From: an uncultured Chloroflexia bacterium
GTDB lineage: Bacteria; Chloroflexota; Anaerolineae; JAAYZQ01
Length of the DNA stretch: 64,000 bases
Assembly: GCA_963700285.1 (NCBI GenBank)
Contig: CAVOXA010000009.1
Span: 64,001-128,000, forward strand
Direction: 5' to 3'
Made by a program: the position numbers and the translations under genes. Of this stretch, positions 38,917 through 49,026 are shown piece by piece. The notes beneath the pieces are model-generated. The model was not told the DNA's origin, ran no database searches, and saw nothing but the letters and a program-made list of their open reading frames with translations. Position 1 is the first letter of the stretch, and each line of letters begins with the position of its first letter.

Positions 38917-39804
38917 ATGTTTCGCTATCTGCGTGTGAAAAAGGAACCCGACAAGGTTCAATCCGACCTCGGGAAGCTATCCGGAGAGTGGCTAGTACAG
39001 AGTGCTGGCGTGCCTATCGCGCTGAGGCAGATCAATGGCCTTCCCGAGAATGCGAGACGGCGGGCCTACCGCGGCCTGCTGCCTCCCAGTCTGCTCGCGA
39101 GATTTGGAATCAATCCTATTACATGGCAAGGATCGGATGGCAACGAACATGTCGTGCTCAGAGCCGAGCCGGGCTCGGGCCTGGTCAGGATCTCGATGCA
39201 GGCTGCGGAGGGCGTTGGCCACGAGTTCCTGAACCTTGAGCTTCAAGATACTTCTCTCAATGGCATCAATCTGAATTTTCTCCAGCTCAGTGACCCATAT
39301 GGCCCCTACTTTCGCACCGACTATGGCGAGGATGGCAGGCCTACCCTATTTGGTACCGTGAATCGCAACTTGCCTGCGGAGGAGATGGCCCTAGAGGCCG
39401 GACTCGCACCCGCTCAGGTGCGGAATGGCTTGGGTGCTTCCACACTGATCCTGCAGCAGTTGGAAGCATTCTTGGCAACCTGTGGCCACAGCGCTTATTT
39501 TTTGGATCCGCTCACCTACGCATCAGCCTGGGTATTTGAGCGGCGTGGCTTTGCCTATGTGCGCGGCCACAAGCTGATGGACGAGATTCAGACAGCGTTT
39601 CAACCCGGAGGCCAGTTGTACCAGGCCCTGGATGGAAGCACTCCCTTTCGCCAGCCCGAGCAGTGGAAGAGTGTCCGCGGCCGGGCCTGGGCCATACATG
39701 ATGGTATATTGGAGGTCGTAGGCGCAACGTGGGATGGTCTGCGCATGGTCAAGCAGGTAGGGCGCCACGCGGGGGTTGAGACCTTTCCCGATGCCGTGTA
39801 CTAG
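38917..39804 (+). CDS. Conserved hypothetical protein (possible GNAT-like fold)
   Basis: Long ORF with GLAPAQVRNGLG and PLTYASAWVFERRGFAY; function inferred only. Confidence 0.65.
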   Translation: MFRYLRVKKEPDKVQSDLGKLSGEWLVQSAGVPIALRQINGLPENARRRAYRGLLPPSLLARFGINPITWQGSDGNEHVVLRAEPGSGLVRISMQAAEGVGHEFLNLELQDTSLNGINLNFLQLSDPYGPYFRTDYGEDGRPTLFGTVNRNLPAEEMALEAGLAPAQVRNGLGASTLILQQLEAFLATCGHSAYFLDPLTYASAWVFERRGFAYVRGHKLMDEIQTAFQPGGQLYQALDGSTPFRQPEQWKSVRGRAWAIHDGILEVVGATWDGLRMVKQVGRHAGVETFPDAVY

Positions 39805-39948
39805 GCTGAGCGGGTCACGGTCTTTGGCATACATGGACTGTATGCTCGAAGCTTTCCCACGGCCAAGACTCGCCTGTTTGAGAACCTGGTTCGCGGCCGC
39901 CGCCAGTTGTATGCAGTCGAGACATCATGCCAATGAAAGGGGTACCGA

Positions 39949-40383
39949 GTGAAGAATCAATACCAGATTACGCGAGCAGCGGAGATGGAATCACTGGCCC
40001 TGTTCCGTGCTTTCATTGACAATGCGTGCGCGCGGCATCCAGACGTCGATCAAGATGTGTGCTACGACCTAAAGCTAGCAATTGATGAGGCTTGCACCAA
40101 CATTATTACCCATGGCTACGAGGGTATGAATCCGGGCTCGATCATCCTGATCCTGAGACTTGAGCCCAGGCGGGTCGTCGTACACATTACTGATTTCGGA
40201 CACCCCTTCGAGCCCAGCGAGCCTCCAGAGCCCGACATCGAGGCCAGCCTGGAAGATGGATTCTCGGGCGGCTTTGGCTTATTCTTCATCTATCAGACCA
40301 TGGATGAGATCGGCTACCGAACTGCAGAGGATGGCAATCACCTGGAGTTTGTCAAGCGCTTTCCATCGGCCCGGAAAGGATAG
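39949..40383 (+). CDS. Anti-sigma factor / HATPase (RsbW-like)
   Basis: LAIDEACTNIITHGY, DFGHPF, GGFGLFFI. Confidence 0.9.
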   Translation: MKNQYQITRAAEMESLALFRAFIDNACARHPDVDQDVCYDLKLAIDEACTNIITHGYEGMNPGSIILILRLEPRRVVVHITDFGHPFEPSEPPEPDIEASLEDGFSGGFGLFFIYQTMDEIGYRTAEDGNHLEFVKRFPSARKG

Positions 40384-40399
40384 CCTGGGAGGCTGTGTT

Positions 40400-40738
40400 A
40401 TGGAGATTTCAGCGAGACGGGTCGAACAGGTGCTTGTCATCTCTGTCGCAGGCAGCATCGATGCGCTGACGGCTGAGGAGTTCTCTGGTTTTCTGGGCGT
40501 ACAGGTAGACCGTGGGCAGAATCAGTTTGTTCTGGACTTGGACCAGGTGGATTTCATGAGCAGCGCGGGGCTGCGCGGGATCCTGTACCTGCTCCGTGAG
40601 AGTCGCGTGCGAGGGGGCGATCTCCGCCTGGCCGCTGTTCGGCCTGGTGTGACGAGAACCTTGGAGATTTCTGGATTGCTGCGCATTGTGGACGCCTACC
40701 CGGCCGTGAACGATGCAGTCGCCAGTTTCGACTCCTAG
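40400..40738 (+). CDS. STAS-domain anti-sigma factor antagonist (RsbV-like)
   Basis: GSIDALTA, LDQVDFMSSAGL, LEISGL. Confidence 0.9.
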   Translation: MEISARRVEQVLVISVAGSIDALTAEEFSGFLGVQVDRGQNQFVLDLDQVDFMSSAGLRGILYLLRESRVRGGDLRLAAVRPGVTRTLEISGLLRIVDAYPAVNDAVASFDS

Positions 40739-40762
40739 GCCAGCCGATGCAGGGATGGGTTG

Positions 40763-41827
40763 TCAGCTCTGGAGTGTGAAGGGCTCGTACTCCCTGGCAC
40801 AGGGTTGGCCCAAAGTGAGATAGAGTGTACGCGCTGCGAGGTCCATGATCACCGAAGCCCGGGTGGCTGTCTGCTGCAAAGGTGGTTCACTGTGGTCGGC
40901 GTGGCGGCAGATGGCATAGGCCCCGTGGGCGTGGTCGGTGAGAATGGCGCGCATGGTCTCCTGGGAGATGCCCTCCCGGGCTGCGGCCAGCAAGCGCCGC
41001 GCTCGGGCCGCTCTGGCAACGGTGCTTCTTGAAGTACGGATCCCAGCGTCCCCCTGGCGAAGCCGCACGGATTCAAAGTGATTGGCGTGGACGAGCCACC
41101 CAGCGTCGCCGTAGACAAAGTCGGCGTCGGTGGCGGTGAGTTCCAGATCCAGGATCTCGCCCTCTGCGTGGGCGAGTGGGATGTTGGCCGCCCCGCCCCT
41201 TGGCACGCTGAGGGCGGCGTGGATCGCATCGCCCAATGCTTCGCAGCTCAACATCTGGCGCAGAATCACGTGTATGGGGAGCCCCATACCCTCGTTGGTG
41301 TGCTCCAGAAAGTTGAGACCAACCCCCAAGCCAGCGCTGTTCAGCCCAATCTTGCCGAGCTGTCCGGCTTCGGTGAGGGTCAGGATCTCCAGCCCATCGG
41401 GCTGGCAAATGTGGAGCAGGATAGGCTCTGCTTCCACGGCGGTGTACCAGTCCCAGTTCTGACCTAGCAGTACGCGGCCCTGGCTGGTAGCTTCGGGCGC
41501 CGCGATCAGGGCCGTGCACTCTGATGCCGCCAACATCAGCTCTGAGCGCGCGTTGATGAGAAGTACCTCTGTCAGGTCACAGCCGGCGCCTTCTGCTATA
41601 CCTTTCATCTCCTGCCACAGGTCGGGGGCGTGGGTTTCGATAACCGGACCAAATGCCTCGGAGGCTTGCAAGGCCGCCGCTCGCCCCAGACCACTGTGAA
41701 AGGCGAGCAGACGCAAATAGTCCTCGATGTTCTGCCGAATGGAATGAGCAACGCATGCGCCGTACTGGCGCCCGCGTTCAAGGGCTTCTCCCTGGACCTT
41801 GACGACCTGGAGTTTTCTACTGTTCAT
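40763..41827 (-). CDS. C45-family peptidase / acyl-CoA:6-APA acyltransferase-like Ntn hydrolase
   Basis: EMKGIAEG, NARSE, ECT autoproteolysis site, GQNWDW, GLNSAG, HANH. Confidence 0.88.
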   Translation of the reverse strand: MNSRKLQVVKVQGEALERGRQYGACVAHSIRQNIEDYLRLLAFHSGLGRAAALQASEAFGPVIETHAPDLWQEMKGIAEGAGCDLTEVLLINARSELMLAASECTALIAAPEATSQGRVLLGQNWDWYTAVEAEPILLHICQPDGLEILTLTEAGQLGKIGLNSAGLGVGLNFLEHTNEGMGLPIHVILRQMLSCEALGDAIHAALSVPRGGAANIPLAHAEGEILDLELTATDADFVYGDAGWLVHANHFESVRLRQGDAGIRTSRSTVARAARARRLLAAAREGISQETMRAILTDHAHGAYAICRHADHSEPPLQQTATRASVIMDLAARTLYLTLGQPCAREYEPFTLQS

Positions 41828-41846
41828 AGATCTGGCGCTCCTCGAA

Positions 41847-43697
41847 CTATGCTTGACTCTCCAGTCCCAGGATTTCCAGGCGTTCCGGAGTTGGAATACC
41901 TTCGGGTGTCCAGCTCCGAGCACGGTAGTAATCCCCAAGAATCAGGTCCAGGTTGGGCAGCACGCCTTCCGCACCACCTGAGGGCCGGGGCTCGTTCAGA
42001 AATCGCTGGGGCAGGGTGTCGTCGGCTGCAGTGATGCCCAACCTCAGATTGACGAGTCGCTTGAGATTGAACAACCGCTCGCCTGCCTGTAGGATATCCT
42101 CAGCATCCCAGTCCCAGCCCATGGCGGTGTTCACCAGTGCAGCCAGGTGCCGGGGTTCGCACTTGCCCTTGGCAATGAACTTGCAGAGACCCAGCGGATT
42201 GTAGACAGCCATATAATTCTGAAAGTCGGCGGTCACGACCCCCTTGCCGGTGCTATCATGGGGATCATATTCCTCAGGATTATACCAGCCATCAAAACGG
42301 GCGCCGTAGCCTAGCCAGTAGGAAAGTGACTCCAGGTGGCAGGCGCCGCGGGAGGCTGTCGCATAGTTGGCAGACATGCTCACAAAGGCGCGCGGGTCGT
42401 GGTAGGGTACTTCCATCCCCTTGACGTGGATGGCGAAAGCTTCAGTCTCTGGTCCGATACGCGCAGCCGCAGTCCGCACACCATCGGCCAACAGAAGGCC
42501 GATGCCCTCGCGCCGGGCGATGGCGTGGATGGCCTCAGCCATTGCCTCGGCATTGCCCCAGGTGAGATCCAGACCGCCAGTCTCTTCTTGTGTGATCATC
42601 CCCTTTTCGTAGGCTTCCATGGCAAAGGCTATGGATGAGGAAGTACTGATAGTGTCCATCCCGTAGCGGTTGCAGAGGTCGTTCATGTAGGCGATGGCCT
42701 GTACGTCGTCGCACTGGCAGTTGCCGCCAAAGCCTGCCAGGGTTTCATATTCAGGCCAGTGGCCGTGAACGCCAGCATAGGGGCCATCCTCGATCTTGGC
42801 CGTCTTGCCACAGCCGATAGGGCAAGAGAAGCAACGGGTGTGCCGCTCAAAGATCGTCTCGGCCATGTGCTGCCCTGAAATACGCGCTGCCTCGTCCTTC
42901 CAGTTGCCCAGCGTCCAGTTCTTGAGGGGTAGGTCTCCGGTGAGTTCTGTGGCTGGCACACCACCTGCTGTGCCGAGCTGGGTCATTCCCAGAGAGTTCT
43001 CCTGGATGAAGCCATTCATCTCCTTGACAAGGGTACGAAAGGCATTCATGTCAGGATACTCGGGGCGATCTTTGCCACGAACGACAATGGCTTTGAGGTT
43101 CTTGGAACCCAACAGAGCCCCCATTCCGCCCCGGCCGGCGGTTCGGGCATGCTCCTGCCCACCTTGCATGACATTGGCGAATCGCACAAGCTTTTCTCCG
43201 GCGGGACCAATGCAAGAGAGTTGGGCCTTGGCGTCGGTCTCGGCGCGGAGTCTCTCAAAGGTCTCAAAATGATCCAACCCCCAGAGATGGGCGGCACTGC
43301 GGATCTCTACCTCACCGTCATGGATCCAAAGGTAGACAGGCTCTGCCGCACGACCTGTGACAATCAGCCCGTCAAAACCGGAGAAGCGCAGTTCCGCGCC
43401 CCAGTGGCCGCCCATATTGGCCTCGTTCCAGATGCCGGTCAGGGGCGACCGCCCGCACCAGGAGCTTCGACATCCGGTCGGTGCAAAAGTACCGCTCAAC
43501 AGGCCGTTGAAGGCCAGAAGCGGACTCGCAGGATCCAGCGGATCAAGGCCGGGATCCATCTCCTCGAAAAAGATCTTGGCTGCCAAGCCGCTGCCCAAAA
43601 GAAAGCGGCGTACGTCGGCGTCATCAATCGACTCAACGCGACAAACACCGCTGCTCAGATCAACTCGAACCAGTTTACCTGCATACACGTGTGGCAT
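41847..43697 (-). CDS. Tungsten-type aldehyde:ferredoxin oxidoreductase
   Basis: SPLTG, IGPAGE, GRGGMGALLGSKNLKA, CFSCPIGC, PEYET, DTIS, HDPR, RGACH, GLCKF. Confidence 0.94.
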   Translation of the reverse strand: MPHVYAGKLVRVDLSSGVCRVESIDDADVRRFLLGSGLAAKIFFEEMDPGLDPLDPASPLLAFNGLLSGTFAPTGCRSSWCGRSPLTGIWNEANMGGHWGAELRFSGFDGLIVTGRAAEPVYLWIHDGEVEIRSAAHLWGLDHFETFERLRAETDAKAQLSCIGPAGEKLVRFANVMQGGQEHARTAGRGGMGALLGSKNLKAIVVRGKDRPEYPDMNAFRTLVKEMNGFIQENSLGMTQLGTAGGVPATELTGDLPLKNWTLGNWKDEAARISGQHMAETIFERHTRCFSCPIGCGKTAKIEDGPYAGVHGHWPEYETLAGFGGNCQCDDVQAIAYMNDLCNRYGMDTISTSSSIAFAMEAYEKGMITQEETGGLDLTWGNAEAMAEAIHAIARREGIGLLLADGVRTAAARIGPETEAFAIHVKGMEVPYHDPRAFVSMSANYATASRGACHLESLSYWLGYGARFDGWYNPEEYDPHDSTGKGVVTADFQNYMAVYNPLGLCKFIAKGKCEPRHLAALVNTAMGWDWDAEDILQAGERLFNLKRLVNLRLGITAADDTLPQRFLNEPRPSGGAEGVLPNLDLILGDYYRARSWTPEGIPTPERLEILGLESQA

Positions 43698-44067
43698 TCT
43701 CAGGCCTCCCACTTCAGCGTGAGTTGTGCGTGCCGGCCGCTCATTCTGAGCGCAAACCATGCCCAACCACGTGGGACCAGCACAGTAGGGGAATTATACC
43801 CGAAAACGATGGCCGTGTCCAAAAGCCACAGGCTCAAATCTTTGCTGGGCGTGCCGCGGAGGCGAGGGCTATGTGGAGACACATGAGCAACATTCTATTG
43901 CGTAATTTGACATAGTCATTGGACATCTCGTGGCAAATGTGCTAGAATCCTTCTAGATCAGAGAATGACGCTGTTACTGGCGGCAGCCGCCAGGCGGTAG
44001 GAAGGTCAGGTAGCTTCATGCTGACCGATTCCTGGCGCCGTGGCTGTATCCCAGAAAGGAGCTTGTC

Positions 44068-45021
44068 ATGTCACAAGACGACCTTGCAGTTCTTCAACGG
44101 ACCATTGAAGGCAAAGGGCATACCTGGCGAGCCGGACCCACCTCACTGACGGCACTGCCGCCCGAGGAGCAAGAGCGGCGTTTGGGTCTGCGCCTGGAGC
44201 CTCGGGAAATGGAACGCCTTGCCTCCCTGCTGGAAGCACCAGCCGAGCGTGCGGCACAATTCCCTCCGGCCTGGGACTGGCGCGACGTAGAGGGATCCGA
44301 CTGGACCACACCGGTCCGCGATCAGCGAGGCTGCGGATCGTGCGTGGCCTTTGGGACTGTGGGCGTGATGGAAGCAATGCTCAAGCGTCACCAAAACGAC
44401 GCAGCGCTGCAGCCAGACCTGTCAGAGGCCCACCTCTTTTTCTGTGGCTGTGGTGACTGCTGCGACAAAGGCTGGTGGCCCAGCTATGCACTGAACTATG
44501 CCAAGAGCAGTGGTGTGCCAGATGAGGATTGTTTCCCCTACCAGGATTTTAACCTGCCTTGCTCGGAGGCGTGCAGTGACTGGCATGGACGAGCGGTCAA
44601 GGTAGCAAGCTGGCAGGAACTGGCTGACCTGGGGTCGCGAAAGGAGTGGCTGGCCAATAGGGGCCCTGTCATCGGCTGCCTGTCAGTCTATAGGGATTTC
44701 TTTAGCTATACCGGTGGTGTGTACCGTCATGCTACGGGCGATCTGGCTGGCTACCACGCCGTCTGCGTCGTTGGCTACTCGGAGGCGGAGCAGGCGTGGA
44801 TCTGCAAAAACAGTTGGGGCACCGACTGGGGTGATGCGGGCTGGTTCAAGATTGGCTATGGGGAAAGTGGGATGGATACCGAGTTCGCCATGTATGGTGT
44901 TGAGGAGGTTGTACCGCCAGGTACGGATCCGGAACCCGAGCCAGACCCTGAGCCCGCGCCCGGCGGTGGGTGCAACCTCGTAGCGCGCCTCGCACGTGTT
45001 TTCCAGAGCAAAGGAGGGTAG
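44068..45021 (+). CDS. Papain-family (C1A) cysteine peptidase
   Basis: WDWR, DQRGCGSCVAF, YHAVCVVGY, WICKNSWG. Confidence 0.93.
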   Translation: MSQDDLAVLQRTIEGKGHTWRAGPTSLTALPPEEQERRLGLRLEPREMERLASLLEAPAERAAQFPPAWDWRDVEGSDWTTPVRDQRGCGSCVAFGTVGVMEAMLKRHQNDAALQPDLSEAHLFFCGCGDCCDKGWWPSYALNYAKSSGVPDEDCFPYQDFNLPCSEACSDWHGRAVKVASWQELADLGSRKEWLANRGPVIGCLSVYRDFFSYTGGVYRHATGDLAGYHAVCVVGYSEAEQAWICKNSWGTDWGDAGWFKIGYGESGMDTEFAMYGVEEVVPPGTDPEPEPDPEPAPGGGCNLVARLARVFQSKGG

Positions 45022-45047
45022 CGGGGCAAGAAGACCAGGAGGAATCC

Positions 45048-45359
45048 GTGCAACGATTTGATAATCCTGCGGGGCCAATCCAGGTTGGGGCAAAAGAGCA
45101 ATTTGCCATTGCCCTGGCGGGCAACCCTACAACCGGCTACGAATGGCAGGCCAGCGTGGATCCCAGCTACCTCGAGTTGGGGATGTCGGCCTTTGAGTCA
45201 GAGGGAAAAGCCGTGGGTTGCGGCGGGCGAGAGGTATTCCAGTTCAAGGCTCTACGCGTGGGTGAGACCGAGGTTGCCTTTGAGTACCGGCGGTCTTGGG
45301 AAAGAGCGCCGTTGGAAACGAGGCGCTGTAAGCTAGTGATAGTAGATAGAGGCCGTTGA
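45048..45359 (+). CDS. Chagasin-family (I42) cysteine protease inhibitor
   Basis: NPTTGYEW, VGCGG, YRRSWE loops; AGGAGG RBS before the GTG. Confidence 0.92.
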   Translation: MQRFDNPAGPIQVGAKEQFAIALAGNPTTGYEWQASVDPSYLELGMSAFESEGKAVGCGGREVFQFKALRVGETEVAFEYRRSWERAPLETRRCKLVIVDRGR

Positions 45360-45433
45360 GCTGGCTTCTGGTTTGGCAAATCCTGGGCGATACATGCAGA
45401 TACCCGCCTCGCGCCGGATGCCTGCACATTTGC

Positions 45434-46243
45434 TTAGCCGCAGAGCGCCAGCGCGACAATGTCTTCTCCGCCGTCGACAGGAAGGATATGACCTGTCATC
45501 CAAGCAGTGCCGGGCTGCGCCAGGGTCACCAGTGCCTGGGCAACATCCTCGGGGACGGTCATCCGGCCATAGGGATGGCACGTCATCGCAATCTCGATGG
45601 CGGTCTCGTGGCCGGGAATCTGGCGTAGAGCCGGGGTATCGGTAATGCCGGCCTGGATGGCATTGCACTTGATGTTGCGCGGGGCAAGCTCCATCGCGAG
45701 CTGCCGCACGTGGCTCTCCAGAGATGCCTTGGCCGCGCTGACAGCGCCGTAGGAAGGAAAGACGCGGTGGCTGCCGGCGCTGGTCATGGCATAGATACGG
45801 GCATCATCGGCGAACTGATTCCGCCAGACAAGATCCTGGGTCCAGTAAACCAGGCTGTGGGCCATCACGTCCAAGGTCATCTCCATCTGGACTTTGCTCA
45901 GGCTTTCGTCAGCGTTTTCCGCGATAAAGGGCCGAAGAGAACCAAAGGCCAGGGTGTGCAGGAGGAGTTTTACCTGGCCTTCACCAATTTCAGCACGGAC
46001 CTGGTCAAGAGTCTTCCGCCGTCGCTTTTCATCGGCGGCGTTGACGTTGAAAAAGAGGGCCTGCTGCTGGTTGGCCTCTACATCAGCCAGCACGGCCTTG
46101 GCACGTGACAGCGTTGCCTTGGTGTCCAGGTGAATGCCAATGATGTCCATGCCCGCTGCTGACAAGGCGCGACTGCAAGCCGCGCCAAACCCGCTTGAAG
46201 CACCCAAGATCAACGCCCAACCCGAAAGAGTCTTTTCGCTCAA
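45434..46243 (-). CDS. SDR oxidoreductase, enoyl-ACP reductase (FabL-like)
   Basis: ILGASSGFG, YGAVSAAK (Y-x6-K), TDTPAL. Confidence 0.82.
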   Translation of the reverse strand: MSEKTLSGWALILGASSGFGAACSRALSAAGMDIIGIHLDTKATLSRAKAVLADVEANQQQALFFNVNAADEKRRRKTLDQVRAEIGEGQVKLLLHTLAFGSLRPFIAENADESLSKVQMEMTLDVMAHSLVYWTQDLVWRNQFADDARIYAMTSAGSHRVFPSYGAVSAAKASLESHVRQLAMELAPRNIKCNAIQAGITDTPALRQIPGHETAIEIAMTCHPYGRMTVPEDVAQALVTLAQPGTAWMTGHILPVDGGEDIVALALCG

Positions 46244-46259
46244 GATCTTGCCTCCGTGC

Positions 46260-47984
46260 TCAGTAGGGATCTTCCAGGATGAGGTCCTTTGCCTCAATAG
46301 GAGCCGGATCACTGGCCTGTAGCATTGCCATCCTGCCGCGGAACTTGGGCAGCGTCTCGGCTATGTAGATCCGGGCCAGCCCTCGCTTTCGATCGGATGA
46401 ACGCGCCTGCTGCAGGGTCAGCCACGAGGTAAGTACATAGATGGCCATGTCGGCCAGATCGGCCGCATAGTAGTCGACCAGAGCGCGATTATCCTGTTCT
46501 TTCATGTGATCGATGGAGCGGCTGAGCAACTCGGTGGCTTCTTCAACCTGGTCCTTCAGCCCTGCCAGCTCCGGCCCATAGTCCTGGTCTGCCCATTCCT
46601 TCAACAATCTATCCAGCGAATGGCCTAGCAGCCCCCCGGTGGCGGCCACGATCTGAAGCTGGCTCGTGCCCTCGTAGATGCTGGTAACGCGGACGTCGCG
46701 GAAGTGACGCTCTACGTTGAACTCTTGCATGTAGCCGGTGCCGCCATGAACCTGCATGGCCTGGTAGCAGACCCGGTTGCCCATTTCTGTGGAGTGGTAC
46801 TTGGCCAGAGGCGTAAGCACCGCTGCCAGACGATCGGCCTCCTTGAGCAGCAGGTGTTGCTCTTTGCTGAGTTTGCCTCGCGCTTTGAGGCGCTCGTACG
46901 TGTTTTTTCGATCAACCCAATGACCAGCCTCAAGGACCAACGCCCGTGTTGCCTGGATCTCGGCCCGCATCGATAGGAGCATGCGATAGACAGCCGGAAA
47001 GTCATCAATTGACTGGCCAAACTGGATGCGCTTCTGAGCGTACTGGTATGCCTCGCGATAGGCGGCCTCAGCGATGCCGACCGCCTGGGCTGATACCCCA
47101 AGCCGGGCTCCGTTCATCAGCGCCCAGGTATATCGAATCAGGCCGTACCGGCGCTTGCCCACCAAGCGCGCCGGTGTGTCGCAGAACTGAATCTCGCAGG
47201 TAGGGGAGCCATGGAGGCCCATTTTGTTCTCGGTGCGGCGGATGTGTACCGTCTCATCGGCTTCCACCTCAAACAAGCTGAGACCACGAGCGTCGGTGGA
47301 ACCTTGCTCGGAACGGGCCAGGACCAACAGAACGTCGGCGTTGCCGTTGGTGATGAAGCGCTTGACACCATTGAGCCGCCACTCGCCTGTCTGCTCGTCC
47401 AGCGTGGCACGCGTCTGGACTGCGCCTAAATCTGACCCGGCGTCTGGTTCGGTAAGGACCATCGCCCCAGTCACCTCACCCCGGCCGAATCGGGGCAGAA
47501 TCCGGTCCTTCATCTCGTCGTCGCCATATTCGGCAATGATGGCCGAGACTTCTTGCAGGCCAAAGATCGACATCAACGCCGCATCTGCCCGTCCCAGAAT
47601 CTCGATCATCATCTGGAAAACGCTCTCCGGCAGGTTCAGCCCTCCATATTCCCAAGGCAGCATCGCGCCCATCAGCTCTGCCTGGCGCAAGAGACTGAGT
47701 CCATCCCGGATGGCTGCGGAGTAGACTACGTGCCCGTCTTCAATGTGCACGCCCTCTTCATCTGCTTCGGCTGCCCGTGGAGCGATCTGATTGGCGCAGA
47801 TATCGCCCAGTACTTCCAGGATCAACCTGTAGTTGTCCTTTGCATCCGCATAATTACGGGGTGCACCCGGGTAGTCGGTATGGTAGCGGTACCCGTCTTC
47901 AAGAACCTCAACGATTTCCTCCAGGTGCATTGAATCCAGGTGATACTGCAGATCGAGATTGTCGCTGAAAAAGTTGTCTGTCAT
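46260..47984 (-). CDS. Acyl-CoA dehydrogenase
   Basis: LTEPDAGSD, KRFITNG, KMGLHGSPTC, QVHGGTGY, IYEGTSQLQ. Confidence 0.94.
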   Translation of the reverse strand: MTDNFFSDNLDLQYHLDSMHLEEIVEVLEDGYRYHTDYPGAPRNYADAKDNYRLILEVLGDICANQIAPRAAEADEEGVHIEDGHVVYSAAIRDGLSLLRQAELMGAMLPWEYGGLNLPESVFQMMIEILGRADAALMSIFGLQEVSAIIAEYGDDEMKDRILPRFGRGEVTGAMVLTEPDAGSDLGAVQTRATLDEQTGEWRLNGVKRFITNGNADVLLVLARSEQGSTDARGLSLFEVEADETVHIRRTENKMGLHGSPTCEIQFCDTPARLVGKRRYGLIRYTWALMNGARLGVSAQAVGIAEAAYREAYQYAQKRIQFGQSIDDFPAVYRMLLSMRAEIQATRALVLEAGHWVDRKNTYERLKARGKLSKEQHLLLKEADRLAAVLTPLAKYHSTEMGNRVCYQAMQVHGGTGYMQEFNVERHFRDVRVTSIYEGTSQLQIVAATGGLLGHSLDRLLKEWADQDYGPELAGLKDQVEEATELLSRSIDHMKEQDNRALVDYYAADLADMAIYVLTSWLTLQQARSSDRKRGLARIYIAETLPKFRGRMAMLQASDPAPIEAKDLILEDPY

Positions 47985-49012
47985 TCAGTTTTTTCCTGCA
48001 CTCTGTCCTCGCGATAAACGCGGATCATCTGGGGGATGACAATTCTTAGATCGCCCACAATCCGATAGTCAGCGATTTCGAAAATTGGAGCATTGGGGTC
48101 GGTGTTGATGGCAATGATCTTGCTGGCTTGATCCATGCCAGCGCGATGCTGTACGGCTCCAGAAATGCCACAGGCAATGTACAATCGAGGGCGCACAGTG
48201 ACACCAGTTTGCCCAACTTGGTGTTCCTGAGAGACAAAGCCGGCGTCCACGGCTGCACGGGAAGCTGCTACCTCCCCGCCAAGCACGCTGGCAAGCTCAA
48301 AGATAAGGGCAAAGTTCTCCTTGCTGCCAACCCCCATGCCCCCGGCGACAATGACCGCCGCATTCTTGAGATCAACGCTGGGAAGCCGGATCTCTCGCTT
48401 GAGCACCCGCAGTGCCAGATCACGCTCTGCAAAGTGGGGCGTGATTTTTTCGATCACGCCCTGGCGCTTCTTGTCAGGATCGTTCAGCTTCATCACACCT
48501 TCACGCACGGTGGCCATCTGAGGATGCATCTCGGGGTTGACGATGGTGGCGATGATGTTGCCACCAAAGGCCGGTCGAATCTGGTACAAAAGATCCTTGT
48601 AGATCTCGCCCCTACGCTCAAAGTCACCGATCTCGAGATCGGTGCAGTCGGCTGTCAGACCGGCTCCGGTGGCGCTGGCGATCCGCGGGGCCAGGTCACG
48701 CCCGATGGGCGTGGCACCCAACAGGATGATGTAGGGTTGCTGCTCCTCTACCAGGCCTGTAGCGACCCGGGCATATGGCATGGTGCGATACGTGGCCAGT
48801 TCAGGGTGATCGGCGACGAGCACGCGGTCCGCACCATAGTGAATGGCCTGCTGTGGCAGTTCGGCGATTTCGTGGCCCAGCAGAAGGGCCGTGACCTTGC
48901 CATCAAGCTCCTCGGCCAGCTCGCGTGCCTTTCCCAGCAGCTCCAGGCTGACGGGTGCAACCTTGCCCTCTTCCTGTTCGATAAAGACCCAGATGTCTCG
49001 CGTCACTGTCAT
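47981..49012 (-). CDS. etfA: Electron transfer flavoprotein alpha subunit
   Basis: [38 protein letters not shown]. Confidence 0.95.
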   Translation of the reverse strand: MTVTRDIWVFIEQEEGKVAPVSLELLGKARELAEELDGKVTALLLGHEIAELPQQAIHYGADRVLVADHPELATYRTMPYARVATGLVEEQQPYIILLGATPIGRDLAPRIASATGAGLTADCTDLEIGDFERRGEIYKDLLYQIRPAFGGNIIATIVNPEMHPQMATVREGVMKLNDPDKKRQGVIEKITPHFAERDLALRVLKREIRLPSVDLKNAAVIVAGGMGVGSKENFALIFELASVLGGEVAASRAAVDAGFVSQEHQVGQTGVTVRPRLYIACGISGAVQHRAGMDQASKIIAINTDPNAPIFEIADYRIVGDLRIVIPQMIRVYREDRVQEKTE

Positions 49013-49026
49013 CGCTGCATCCTGCC

